From a bacterium (GTDB taxonomy: Bacteria > SAR324 > NAC60-12): DNA of 64,000 nucleotides. The DNA is taken from assembly GCA_965233585.1 (NCBI GenBank), contig CBDDTI010000747.1, forward strand, positions 608,001-672,000, given 5' to 3'. The notes below the pieces were generated by a model, which saw only the letters and a list, made by a program, of their open reading frames with translations, was not told the DNA's origin and ran no database searches. The stretch's first letter is position 1. Each line of letters begins with the position of its first letter. A program made the translations under genes and the position numbers. Shown here piece by piece: positions 27,909 through 37,324 of the stretch.

Positions 27909-29153
27909 ATGGTAAACATTTTAAACATGCCCTCTCTCAGTCCAAGTATGGAGCAAGGGGTGATTGTGTCTTGGGAAAAGCAGGAAGGCGATTTTGTCAA
28001 CAGTGGTGATTTACTGGCACAAGTAGAAACAGACAAGGCTGTTGTGGAATATGAAGCACTTGATGAAGGTTTTTTGAGAAAAATTTTAAAGCCCACAGGC
28101 GAGGTGATTCAGGTTGGAGAACCCATTGCCATCTTTTCTGAAACACAAGATGAGGACATTTCTCAGGTGTCTCTTCCTGATGCCTCAAATGGCAAGCCCC
28201 CTTCTGCTGAATTTGCTCACAATACTGCACCACCTGCAGCCACTCAACTAGACAAACCAGAACCAACAGACACAAGAATTAAAGCCTCACCTTTGGCACG
28301 TAAAATTGCTAAAGAACAAGGTCTTGATTTAGCAACTATCACAGGTTCAGGACCAAATGGCAGGATCGTGAAAGCAGACTTGCAAAATCTCAATACACCA
28401 CAAGCTGTTAGTTCTTCAACTCCTGCACCGAAGCCTCAAACTCAGACTCAAAGTGATTGGGCTAAAGAAGGCAATTATGAAGTTTTGCCTTTGACAATGG
28501 TTCGCAAAACGATTGCAGGCAGACTCCAAGAATCCACGCGAGAAATTCCTCACTTTTATCTCACCGTGAAAGTTTGTGTTGATGAGTTGGTGGCACTGCG
28601 CAAGCAAATCAATTCTTTGAGTGAGGTCAAAGTGTCTCTTAATGACATGATTATCAAGGCATCTTCGGTCGCATTAGCAAATCACCCCGTCGTCAATTCC
28701 CGCTACACTGAAGAAGGCATCGTCCAATTTGAAGATGCAAACATTGCATTTGCAGTGGCAACAGATGACGCTTTGTTTACGCCCATCGTACGTGCTGTTA
28801 ACAAAAAAGGTCTCGGTCAAATCGCAAAAGAAACCAAAGACTTTGCCTTGCGTGCCAGAGAAAAACGGCTTGCGATTGAGGAATTTACAGGAGGCACTTT
28901 TGGAACTTCTAATTTAGGTATGTTTCAAATAGAGCAATTCACTGCCATCATCAATCCACCTCAATCTGCAAATCTTGCCATTGCACAAGCATTGACTGAA
29001 CTGCAATTAGATTCCAATGGAGAGGTGTATCAAAGTAAGCAGATGAAGCTGACGCTTTCTTGCGACCATCGCATCATTGACGGGGCAACAGGTGCAAAAT
29101 TCCTTAAAGAACTTAAAAAAATTCTTGAAAATCCACTCTTTTTGACGCTTTAG
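27909..29153 (+). CDS. pdhC: Pyruvate dehydrogenase E2 dihydrolipoamide acetyltransferase
   Basis: Lipoyl ETDKA, ASPLARK E3-binding region, SCDHRIIDG. Confidence 0.95.
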   Translation: MVNILNMPSLSPSMEQGVIVSWEKQEGDFVNSGDLLAQVETDKAVVEYEALDEGFLRKILKPTGEVIQVGEPIAIFSETQDEDISQVSLPDASNGKPPSAEFAHNTAPPAATQLDKPEPTDTRIKASPLARKIAKEQGLDLATITGSGPNGRIVKADLQNLNTPQAVSSSTPAPKPQTQTQSDWAKEGNYEVLPLTMVRKTIAGRLQESTREIPHFYLTVKVCVDELVALRKQINSLSEVKVSLNDMIIKASSVALANHPVVNSRYTEEGIVQFEDANIAFAVATDDALFTPIVRAVNKKGLGQIAKETKDFALRAREKRLAIEEFTGGTFGTSNLGMFQIEQFTAIINPPQSANLAIAQALTELQLDSNGEVYQSKQMKLTLSCDHRIIDGATGAKFLKELKKILENPLFLTL

Positions 29154-29202
29154 ATTGTTGATACAATCTATTGTTACATGAAATGAGTTTATCAGGAGTG
29201 AA

Positions 29203-30018
29203 ATGATGGAAAGAACACAAGAAGCGATTTTGTATCATTACGAGCTTGAAAAAAGGCTTGCAAGTCAGCTTCTGAGTGCAAATAAGCAAGAGAGAAAAGT
29301 TTTATACACAGAACTTTATGAAGAGTTGCTTCAATCTGTCCCCTATCTCACTGCCCCAAGTGACTCTGCATACAAACAGAAACAGGCAGAAAGGCAGGTA
29401 CAAAATATTCAACCGTTTTTAAGTAAACAAACTTCTTTTCTTGAGCTGGGTCCAGGAGACTGCAGTGTTTCGCTAAGGGTGGCTCGTTTGGTGAAGCAAG
29501 TCTATGCAGTGGACGTTAGCCCAACTATCACTCAAAATCAAAAGACTCCCGATAACTTTCACTTGATCATCTCTGATGGAACAAACATTCCTGTTCCTCC
29601 TCATAGTATTGATTTTGTTTATTCAAATCAACTTATGGAGCATTTACATCCAGATGATGCTTATGAACAGATGCAGAATGTTCTGTCTGCACTTGTTCCT
29701 AATGGCATTTATCTTTGTATGACTCCCAGTCGGCTCAATGGCCCACATGACGTCTCCAAATATTTTGACGATGTTGCCACAGGCTTTCACCTCAAAGAAT
29801 ATACAATCACTGATTTAAATAGACTTTTCAAAGAGGTCGGTTTTTCTAAAGTCAAAATATTGATTGGAGCAAGGGGAAGGTATATCAAGGCTTCTGTAAC
29901 CCCTTCTATTCTGCTAGAAAAAATGCTAAGTTTGCTACCTGCTTCAGTGCGTAAAAAAATCATGAGTTATCGCATAGTGAATGCTTTAGTTTATGTTCGT
30001 CTCATTGGCATCAAATGA
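29203..30018 (+). CDS. Class I SAM-dependent methyltransferase
   Basis: LELGPG, AVDVS, SNQLMEHL. Confidence 0.85.
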   Translation: MMERTQEAILYHYELEKRLASQLLSANKQERKVLYTELYEELLQSVPYLTAPSDSAYKQKQAERQVQNIQPFLSKQTSFLELGPGDCSVSLRVARLVKQVYAVDVSPTITQNQKTPDNFHLIISDGTNIPVPPHSIDFVYSNQLMEHLHPDDAYEQMQNVLSALVPNGIYLCMTPSRLNGPHDVSKYFDDVATGFHLKEYTITDLNRLFKEVGFSKVKILIGARGRYIKASVTPSILLEKMLSLLPASVRKKIMSYRIVNALVYVRLIGIK

Positions 30019-30107
30019 TCTCATTCAGGTCAATTTGATTGATTTTTAGGGTTCTCTGGTAAGTTCTGACAGACAGGCTGTTTCAATTCAATACAATGTA
30101 GGAGATA

Positions 30108-30509
30108 ATGATTCAGTTTATCAATTTTGATCATGTGGGCTACCAAAAGAAACGTTCTAAGCAAAAAAGACGTATTTGGATTTTTGGAGGACTTGCTACG
30201 TTTTTTCTCGTTGGAGGTTTAAGGTCTGCGAGTATAACGTCTTTAATTTTTGGTGGGCTGTTTGCTTACTTTTCATGGAGCAACTACCAAGCCTATTCCT
30301 TACCTTTACATGATGCTATTCACTTTATTCGTGCTTTACAGGCACCATTTAGCCGTGCTGAACTTTTTTCTGCTCTTGAACTCTCACTTAAACAAGTTGA
30401 CGAATTGTTGAATGAACTGATCCGCTTGGGTTTTATTGAGCCGCATGAGTCTGACATTTCAGAAACTGGTGAAGTGCTTTATAGGCTGGTGTCTCATCGT
30501 TCATCATGA
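30108..30509 (+). CDS. Hypothetical protein, 2 TM plus possible winged helix
   Basis: Two hydrophobic segments, then SRAELF...LNELIRLGFI; AGGAG SD. Confidence 0.65.
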   Translation: MIQFINFDHVGYQKKRSKQKRRIWIFGGLATFFLVGGLRSASITSLIFGGLFAYFSWSNYQAYSLPLHDAIHFIRALQAPFSRAELFSALELSLKQVDELLNELIRLGFIEPHESDISETGEVLYRLVSHRSS

Positions 30510-31522
30510 GTCTTCGTAAGATTCTTGCGACAATTTACCTCTGCCTGATTCAATTTAGATTATGGCTTTATCAAAAAAACATTTTAAAGTCATACCGACC
30601 TGATGCCTTCGTCATTTCTGTTGGGAATTTAACCGTTGGTGGGACAGGTAAAACTCCCATTGTCAATCATCTCACTCAATATCTTTTACAAGAAGGAAAA
30701 AAAGTTGTCATCTTGACCAGAGGCTATGGGAGCAAAAACCCTAAATTGATGAAACGGTCAAAAGGTGCGGTTGAGTTTCCCCCCCAAGAGTTTGGAGATG
30801 AACCCTATTTTTTGGCTATGCAAAATCCTGATGCCGTCGTTTATTCATGCAAGAATCGCAAGAAGTCCGCAAAGTTTTCTTGTCAAAATGATGATGTTGA
30901 TGTTTTCATTCTTGATGATGGCTATCAACATCTTGCATTGCAAAGAGATTTGAATCTGCTATTGGTTGACTCGCAAAAAAAATTTGGGAACAAGCAGGTC
31001 TTGCCATTAGGTGAATTAAGAGAACCGATTGAGCAATGTTCACGTGCTGATACCGTGATTTTGACAAAAGCTAGCTTAGGCAATGTTGACAAGACCATTG
31101 GTTGCCTTCCTTATGAAATACGCAAGGCAAAACCTCTTTTTATTTTTGACTACCAACCCACTTATCTCCTTCATCAGCAAGTCAAAATTCCATTGCATGA
31201 GTTAAAAGGTCAAAGGATTGTAGCAAGTTGTGGCATTGCTCATGCTAAGCAGTTTGAAGCAGTTCTTGTCAAATTTGGTATGAACGTCCTGTATTTTTGG
31301 GAATTTCAAGACCATGTTGTTTATGACTCCAGTATGTTACATCTGATTCACCAAAAGAAAGAGGAACTGGATGCAAAGTTTTGGGTTACCACTGAAAAAG
31401 ATGCTGTCAAACTGCAAACTTTTCCCAAATTTGCAAATCATTACAGTACGCTTGTGATGCAAGTGATTCCAGACCACGATTGGGAGAGATTCCTTAAAAT
31501 GAAAATAAGTAGTTTCAAATAA
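30506..31522 (+). CDS. lpxK: Tetraacyldisaccharide 4'-kinase
   Basis: VGNLTVGGTGKTP, TRGYG, GDEP, LDDGYQH, PLGELRE, TEKDAVK. Confidence 0.95.
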   Translation: MSLRKILATIYLCLIQFRLWLYQKNILKSYRPDAFVISVGNLTVGGTGKTPIVNHLTQYLLQEGKKVVILTRGYGSKNPKLMKRSKGAVEFPPQEFGDEPYFLAMQNPDAVVYSCKNRKKSAKFSCQNDDVDVFILDDGYQHLALQRDLNLLLVDSQKKFGNKQVLPLGELREPIEQCSRADTVILTKASLGNVDKTIGCLPYEIRKAKPLFIFDYQPTYLLHQQVKIPLHELKGQRIVASCGIAHAKQFEAVLVKFGMNVLYFWEFQDHVVYDSSMLHLIHQKKEELDAKFWVTTEKDAVKLQTFPKFANHYSTLVMQVIPDHDWERFLKMKISSFK

Positions 31523-31593
31523 TCAATAAATTTTGTAGAATGTCATTTTGAGACGTTTAAATGTTTGATGAATTTTATTAGCAATAACTGACT

Positions 31594-32115
31594 ATGGCAC
31601 TTCTCAATGTTTATCAATTTCCTGCCGAGGTCTTGAGTCAAGTTTCTGAATCGGTGGATGTTTTTGACGAGGATTTAAGAAAGCTCATTGAAGACATGAA
31701 AGAGACCATGTATGCAGAATCTGGAATTGGCTTGGCGGCACCACAGGTTGGGGTTTCAAAGCGTATTTTGGTCATGGATACAAAATATCCAACTTTAGAA
31801 GAGCATCATCCACGTGCAATCATCAATCCTGAAATCACTTTTGCAAGTGAGGAAAAGGTTATGTCAATGGAAGGCTGTCTAAGTATTCCAGAGTTTCGTG
31901 CAGAAGTTTCGCGTGCAAGCAGTGTGGAAATCACTTATCAAGATGAGGAAGGCAATTCATTGGAAGACAAGCTGGAAGGACTTGAGGCGATTTGTCTTCA
32001 GCATGAGCTAGACCACCTCAATGGCATCTTGTTTATTGACCACCTACCTCCTTTGCGTCGTTCTATGGTCAAGAAAAAGCTCATCAAGTATGCGAAGCAA
32101 AATAGTGCAGCGTAA
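31594..32115 (+). CDS. def: Peptide deformylase
   Basis: GIGLAAPQVG, EGCLS, QHELDHL. Confidence 0.97.
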   Translation: MALLNVYQFPAEVLSQVSESVDVFDEDLRKLIEDMKETMYAESGIGLAAPQVGVSKRILVMDTKYPTLEEHHPRAIINPEITFASEEKVMSMEGCLSIPEFRAEVSRASSVEITYQDEEGNSLEDKLEGLEAICLQHELDHLNGILFIDHLPPLRRSMVKKKLIKYAKQNSAA

Positions 32116-32551
32116 ACTGCTTGTTCTTCTTGTCTTTTATGCGACGGCGTTGTTTGGGAAAGAACAGCATTTTAAGTATATTCATGCCCAAATCACGTCT
32201 CCCAATGGTGAAGTCGTTCAAGTAGAAGTAGCAGACACTGAGGCAAAACGGACTCAAGGTTTAGGATTTAGAGAGGCATTGCCTGTTGGAAAGGGAATGT
32301 TGTTTGTGTTTGACAAAAAAGCACGTTATGGATTTTGGATGAAAAATATGAAGATTGCCATTGACATCATTTGGTTGAATAATCATCAAGTGGTTGACGT
32401 CTTGCACAATGTCCAGCCTCCAGAAACCCCTCAAACGACTCTCAAACCTTTTTATCCTAAAACAGATGCTAATTTTGTTCTTGAACTTTCTGCAGGAGAG
32501 GCAAGGCGTCTTGGCTTCCAAACAGGCAGTGTGGTCGGTTATCAATTTTAG
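32105..32551 (+). CDS. DUF192 family exported protein
   Basis: VEVADT...GL.FR, GMLFVF, FWMKN, VLEL.AG. Confidence 0.85.
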   Translation: MQRKLLVLLVFYATALFGKEQHFKYIHAQITSPNGEVVQVEVADTEAKRTQGLGFREALPVGKGMLFVFDKKARYGFWMKNMKIAIDIIWLNNHQVVDVLHNVQPPETPQTTLKPFYPKTDANFVLELSAGEARRLGFQTGSVVGYQF

Positions 32552-32666
32552 ATTTTTAGACACTGGCTTTAGATTTTTAGACATTGACAAACCTTTGCAT
32601 TCCAAATGGCACAGAATTTGACATGTCTCTGTTTATTTTTTAGATGTTATTTTTTCAAAGCTCATT

Positions 32667-33479
32667 ATGTCAGATGAACGCAGGAAGTATTTAAGAGTTT
32701 TTTTTGAAGAGACCATTCAAGTTGAAGCACAAAGTTGGTCAGACCCGATGGCAACAGGTCTTGATATTTCTCTCAATGGTGTCAGATTCCATTGTGAACG
32801 TTCTCTGGAAGTGGCTGAAGAAGTCGCCATCGTTTTTCCCCCAACGTTAAAACTGGTTGGTCAAGTGCGTTGGTGCTGGCCTATTGAATGGTATTATCAA
32901 GCCGCTGTTGAATTTAACACTGCAGATGTGGATCAAAGCCTTTTTCGTCAGTACATTATGGACGCAACAGGTGAGCCATACCCCGAATATATTGATGAAG
33001 GAGATGATGAGTTTGAAGAGGAAAATCTTAGTGAGACAGAAGGCGATGTTTTTCTGCCAGAGGTAGAAAAGTTTGAGGAGTTACCTACTGAAAATCTGAG
33101 TCCTTTTTCATTCATTGATAAAAGAGTGCTTTTGATTGAACCGCATTATGCAAGACAAGACAAAATCCGTGAATACTTAACCGAACGTTGTCAATTTTTT
33201 GTAGAAGTTTGTGAAGATTATTCGGTGGGTTTAGACTCTTTCCATTTCTCCCCTCCCGATGCAGTGGTTTTAAGCTGGACAGACGAAAATGCCACCATTG
33301 CTCAAATCCAAAAATTCAAAGACTATGACCCAGAATCAAAGATTATTGTGTTAGCAGGATTAATTTCTTTGGAATCTCGTTTGCGGTTGCTCCATTTAGG
33401 GGCATCTGATGTCCTGACCTTCCCTTTGCAAATTGCCTCTGTTGCACAAAGCATACTGGTTCATCTTGATCGGACATAA
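32667..33479 (+). CDS. PilZ domain plus degenerate receiver domain protein
   Basis: RRKYLR and DISLNG PilZ motifs; acidic linker; REC-like C-terminus. Confidence 0.75.
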   Translation: MSDERRKYLRVFFEETIQVEAQSWSDPMATGLDISLNGVRFHCERSLEVAEEVAIVFPPTLKLVGQVRWCWPIEWYYQAAVEFNTADVDQSLFRQYIMDATGEPYPEYIDEGDDEFEEENLSETEGDVFLPEVEKFEELPTENLSPFSFIDKRVLLIEPHYARQDKIREYLTERCQFFVEVCEDYSVGLDSFHFSPPDAVVLSWTDENATIAQIQKFKDYDPESKIIVLAGLISLESRLRLLHLGASDVLTFPLQIASVAQSILVHLDRT

Positions 33480-33482
33480 ACC

Positions 33483-33812
33483 TTATTCTCGCCTGTCTCC
33501 AATCCTTTCATCAGGTCTTGTCACCTCACTAATACGAATGCCGTAACGTTCGTTGACAACCACAATTTCACCACGTGCCATGAGGCGGTCGCTGATGATG
33601 ACATCCATAGGCTCTCCCACAATCTTTGTGAAGGCAATGACAGAACCCTCTTTTAAATTCATCACGTCACGAATGGACATTTCTGTGCGACCAATTTCTA
33701 CACTCATCAGCATTGGTATATCTCCAAGAAACGTAATACTATGAAGGGCTTCATCTTCAACATCTTTGTTCAAAAAACGGATTTTTCCGCCTAATACATC
33801 AGTTTTTGCCAT
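33483..33812 (-). CDS. fliN: Flagellar motor switch protein FliN (SpoA domain)
   Basis: DIPM..SVEIGRT, GEPMDV, ARGEIVVVNERYGIRI. Confidence 0.9.
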   Translation of the reverse strand: MAKTDVLGGKIRFLNKDVEDEALHSITFLGDIPMLMSVEIGRTEMSIRDVMNLKEGSVIAFTKIVGEPMDVIISDRLMARGEIVVVNERYGIRISEVTRPDERIGDRRE

Positions 33813-33907
33813 TGTCTGACTCCATCTGTGAGTTGTTCAAAAAATAAAAGAGATTATAGGCAAAGTCTGTGATTGTCAAGAGCATCACACATTGTTTAAA
33901 TTAGAAT

Positions 33908-34423
33908 ATGCCTACTCACGCTTGTCAGTCGGTTGCTGTTTATCCTATCAGTGCGAACCCGCCAACATGGGGGCATGCAGAAATCATGCTTCGTGCCTCT
34001 ACTTTGTTTGACTGTGTGTATTGGGCAGCTGCCATCAATCCCAGTAAAGATTATCTTTTCACACCTACACAACGTGTTGCCATGATGCAAGAATATGTGA
34101 ATCATTATCAGCTCAGTCATGTCAAGGTGGAGTACTACACAGGCGGAACAATCCGCTATGCTCAATCTAAAGGGGCAAGGTGCATCATTAAAGGATTGAG
34201 AACTGTGTCAGACTTTCAAGAGGAGCTAGAACAATCTGTTGGAAATCGGGGCATTGACAGCTCCATTGAAACGATTTGCATGTTTGCACAACCTGCTTTG
34301 TCTGTCATCAGCTCAGGGTTGGTGAGGGAGCTTGCCATGCTCGGGGAGTCTATTGACCGCTATGTACTGGATTCTGTTGCAAAAATGGTCATTCGCAGCG
34401 TCAAAAATACTAAAACAGAATGA
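33908..34423 (+). CDS. coaD: Phosphopantetheine adenylyltransferase (divergent)
   Basis: PPTWGH, NPSK, KGLRTVSDF..E, ISSGLVRELA. Confidence 0.85.
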   Translation: MPTHACQSVAVYPISANPPTWGHAEIMLRASTLFDCVYWAAAINPSKDYLFTPTQRVAMMQEYVNHYQLSHVKVEYYTGGTIRYAQSKGARCIIKGLRTVSDFQEELEQSVGNRGIDSSIETICMFAQPALSVISSGLVRELAMLGESIDRYVLDSVAKMVIRSVKNTKTE

Positions 34424-34613
34424 AGGTGTTTAATGAAAATGTTTAATGAACAAGCCTCTTTCATTATTGCTGTCGCTTTTCAAGGGAACTGGAAAGACTC
34501 TAATTTTCATTTCGTTTTAAAAGTTGCTATGTTATTGTCCAGCGCTTGACCAAAAAGATTTTGAAAAATGTCAGCAGCCAACATTGTTTAACTATTATTT
34601 CTAGGAGTAAGTT

Positions 34614-34868
34614 ATGAAAGCAAAAATTTTAGCAGAAGATAAGAAGATAGAACTATCAGAGGAGTTAACCAACTATTTAGAATTTCACGCTAAACATCAA
34701 GGAATTAGTTTGAGTCATTTAATTTTAAATGCTCTTCAGGAAAAATTAGAAGATATGGAAGACGAAATTTTAGGACAACAGGCTTATGAGGAATACGAAT
34801 CCTCTAAAAAAGCGGGAACACTTGAATTAGTGAGTTGGGAGGAAGTCCAAAAAAGTATAAAAGACTAA
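34614..34868 (+). CDS. Putative antitoxin (RHH-type, RelB-like)
   Basis: Acidic 84 aa, GISLSHLI..ALQEKLEDMED, WEEV; directly upstream of RelE. Confidence 0.75.
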   Translation: MKAKILAEDKKIELSEELTNYLEFHAKHQGISLSHLILNALQEKLEDMEDEILGQQAYEEYESSKKAGTLELVSWEEVQKSIKD

Positions 34869-34878
34869 ATAACTTTTT

Positions 34879-35148
34879 ATGTATAAAATAAGTTTTACTA
34901 AACAGGCTCAAAAGCAATTTGAGAAATTAGACAATCAAATTAGAAATCAAATTGTGAAAGATGTAGAAGCAAAACTAATTCAAGATATAGAGACCTATTT
35001 ATTACCTTTGAAAGAAGTAGCTTTACATAAATTTAGGTCAGGAAATTATAGACTTATTTGTAAAAAACAAGATAAAGAATTGATAGTTTTAGTTGTAAAA
35101 GTGGGACATAGAAAGAATGTTTATGAGAATTTAAATAGACTTGTATGA
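34879..35148 (+). CDS. RelE/ParE-family toxin
   Basis: MYKISFTKQAQKQFEKLD, FRSGNYRLI, VVKVGHRKNVY. Confidence 0.9.
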   Translation: MYKISFTKQAQKQFEKLDNQIRNQIVKDVEAKLIQDIETYLLPLKEVALHKFRSGNYRLICKKQDKELIVLVVKVGHRKNVYENLNRLV

Positions 35149-35185
35149 AGACACAGGAGGTTTGAGAAGGTCCAAACAAGAAAGA

Positions 35186-35214
35186 TTTGTGATGACAAGT
35201 CAAGTCATCACAAA
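35186..35214. repeat. 29-bp palindrome, copy 1 (TTTGTGATGAC-N7-GTCATCACAAA)
   Basis: Perfect 11-bp inverted repeat just downstream of lipoprotein A. Confidence 0.9.
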
Positions 35215-35237
35215 AAAAAGATGAAGCAAGGAAAGGA

Positions 35238-35828
35238 TTATCTGGAGAAGTGGAGTTTTGTTGTGATTCCTGCCCGAGAGATCAGTCTAACATCATCTTC
35301 AAAATAGAGGATATCTGGGGTTGCTCCATTTTTAACTTCTACAAGGAAGCCATCATCAATGCCTTCGGTGATAATTTTGATTGACGCAAATTTTTGATGA
35401 GTAAACATATCAGCAAACCCCACAGGGCATTCTTCCCTCAGAAAAACCTTTGTCAGCTTTTTTACAAAGCCATTATCATTGATTCCTTGCCACTGAAATG
35501 CAGGATTGTTTGAATCACAGGACATTTTGTACGTGTCTCCATTGAAATCAACTGATCCTTTGCCTACATACTTGACGTTAAATGTAGAATCCAGTACCCA
35601 TTCCACTTCAACACCAAAAGTGCTACCTTCGTTCAACTCCAAAGTAACACTATTGCCCTCTATCTTGGTCAGTTTGAACGTTCCGTCCCCCAAGTCAAAG
35701 TCTCTGGTCTCCTCGTCATCTTCTTCTTTTGCACATGATGCAAGAGCAAGAGGAATAGCAATGAATCCAATCATGCAAGATTGCTTGAGCCATTTTTCAA
35801 CACCAAATTTTTTTAGCAAGTTTTTCAT
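35238..35828 (-). CDS. Lipoprotein paralog A
   Basis: Lipobox LASC; conserved TRDFDLGDGTFKLTK; two mature Cys. Confidence 0.85.
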   Translation of the reverse strand: MKNLLKKFGVEKWLKQSCMIGFIAIPLALASCAKEEDDEETRDFDLGDGTFKLTKIEGNSVTLELNEGSTFGVEVEWVLDSTFNVKYVGKGSVDFNGDTYKMSCDSNNPAFQWQGINDNGFVKKLTKVFLREECPVGFADMFTHQKFASIKIITEGIDDGFLVEVKNGATPDILYFEDDVRLISRAGITTKLHFSR

Positions 35829-35889
35829 TTATAACCTTTTTATGATAACAGTTTAAGATTCAGCACCAAACTAATGATGATGAATCAGG

Positions 35890-35918
35890 TTTGTGATGAC
35901 AAATCAAGTCATCACAAA
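35890..35918. repeat. 29-bp palindrome, copy 2
   Basis: tttgtgatgacaaatcaagtcatcacaaa. Confidence 0.9.
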
Positions 35919-35938
35919 AAGATGAAGCAAGGAAAGGA

Positions 35939-36538
35939 TTATCTAAAGAAGTGGAGTTTGATTGTGTCGTTTGCTGCAAAAGGTCGCAAAGTCCCATTCT
36001 CAAAATAGAGAACGTTTTGTTCTCCATCATTTTTGATTTCTACAAGGAATCCATCGTCAATGTCTTTGGTGATGATCTTGATTGATTCTTGTTTCTCAGG
36101 TCGGAACACATCAGCAGGACCCACAGGGCAATCTCGTAAGAAAAAAGTTTTTTCTGTAGCGGCTTCTTCTACGATGCCATCACTATTGATTTTTTTCCAC
36201 TGTAGCTTGCCAGTGACATCAGTGCTACAAGACATGGACAGAGTCGTGCCATTTGCAGCATTAAATCCTCCCTTGCCGACATACTTGAAGTTAAAGGCAG
36301 ATTCTGTTTCCCAATCTACCTCAATGCCAAAAGTGCTACCAGCGTTCATTTCAAAAGGACGACCACCGGTTTCTATCTTGGTGAGTTTGAACGTTCCATC
36401 TCCCAAGTCAAAGTCTCTGGTCTTCTCATCATCATCTGTGGCACATGCTGACAAAGCGAGAGGCATGGCGACAAAGCCAATCGTGCAGGATTGTTTGACC
36501 CATTTTTTCAACACCGAATTTCTCAAAAAATTTTTCAT
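35939..36538 (-). CDS. Lipoprotein paralog B
   Basis: Lipobox LSAC; same conserved framework. Confidence 0.85.
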   Translation of the reverse strand: MKNFLRNSVLKKWVKQSCTIGFVAMPLALSACATDDDEKTRDFDLGDGTFKLTKIETGGRPFEMNAGSTFGIEVDWETESAFNFKYVGKGGFNAANGTTLSMSCSTDVTGKLQWKKINSDGIVEEAATEKTFFLRDCPVGPADVFRPEKQESIKIITKDIDDGFLVEIKNDGEQNVLYFENGTLRPFAANDTIKLHFFR

Positions 36539-36595
36539 TGATGACCTTTTTATAATAATGGTTAAAGTTAAAACAAAGATTAATTAAAAAATTAA

Positions 36596-37213
36596 TTATG
36601 GACGCAAAAAGTAAAGCTTGGCAGAAGCATTTGGTTGAAAACCTTCACTATCTACCAGTGTTTGACCATTGACTCCCTTAAAAACAATCGTGTTCGCTAC
36701 TGCATTATTTTTAAGTTCCACATGGAAGCCATCTTCAATGTCTTTGGTGATAATCTTGATTGACGCAAAGTCTTCAAGGCTAAACATATCGGCAAACCCA
36801 ACAGGGCAGTCTGTAGCTAGAAAAGCATTTTCTCTTCCAATTTCTTCTACGATGCCATCACCATTGATTTTCTTCCACTGTAGCTTGCCAGTCTTGTCTG
36901 AATCACAAGACATTTTAAGTGTGTTACTACCGACGTTGATAGACCCTTCGCCAACATACTTGAAGTTAAATGCAGAATCTTTGACCCAATCCACTTCAAC
37001 GCCAAAAGTACTCCCCTCGTTCAATTCAAAAGTACTACTACTGCCCTCTATCTTGGTCAGTCTGAACGTTCCGTCTCCCAAGTCAAAGTCTCTAGTGTCG
37101 TCATCATCATCTGTTGCACATGCTGCTAGAGCGAGAGGCATAGCGACAAAGCCAACCGCACAGGATTGCTTGACCCATTTTTTCAACACCGAATTTTTTA
37201 GCAATTTTTTCAT
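36596..37213 (-). CDS. Lipoprotein paralog C
   Basis: Lipobox LAAC; same conserved framework. Confidence 0.85.
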   Translation of the reverse strand: MKKLLKNSVLKKWVKQSCAVGFVAMPLALAACATDDDDDTRDFDLGDGTFRLTKIEGSSSTFELNEGSTFGVEVDWVKDSAFNFKYVGEGSINVGSNTLKMSCDSDKTGKLQWKKINGDGIVEEIGRENAFLATDCPVGFADMFSLEDFASIKIITKDIEDGFHVELKNNAVANTIVFKGVNGQTLVDSEGFQPNASAKLYFLRP

Positions 37214-37274
37214 TTATATCCTTTTTTATGATAATAGTTAAAGATTCAACACCAACTAATGATGATGAATCAGG

Positions 37275-37303
37275 TTTGTGATGACAAATCAAGTCATCAC
37301 AAA
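37275..37303. repeat. 29-bp palindrome, copy 3
   Basis: tttgtgatgacaaatcaagtcatcacaaa. Confidence 0.9.
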
Positions 37304-37324
37304 AAAGATGAGGCAAGGAAAGGG

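Noticed and set aside
32546..32590. Short direct repeat tttagatttttagaca x2
   Set aside because: Two AT-rich copies only; no supportable function
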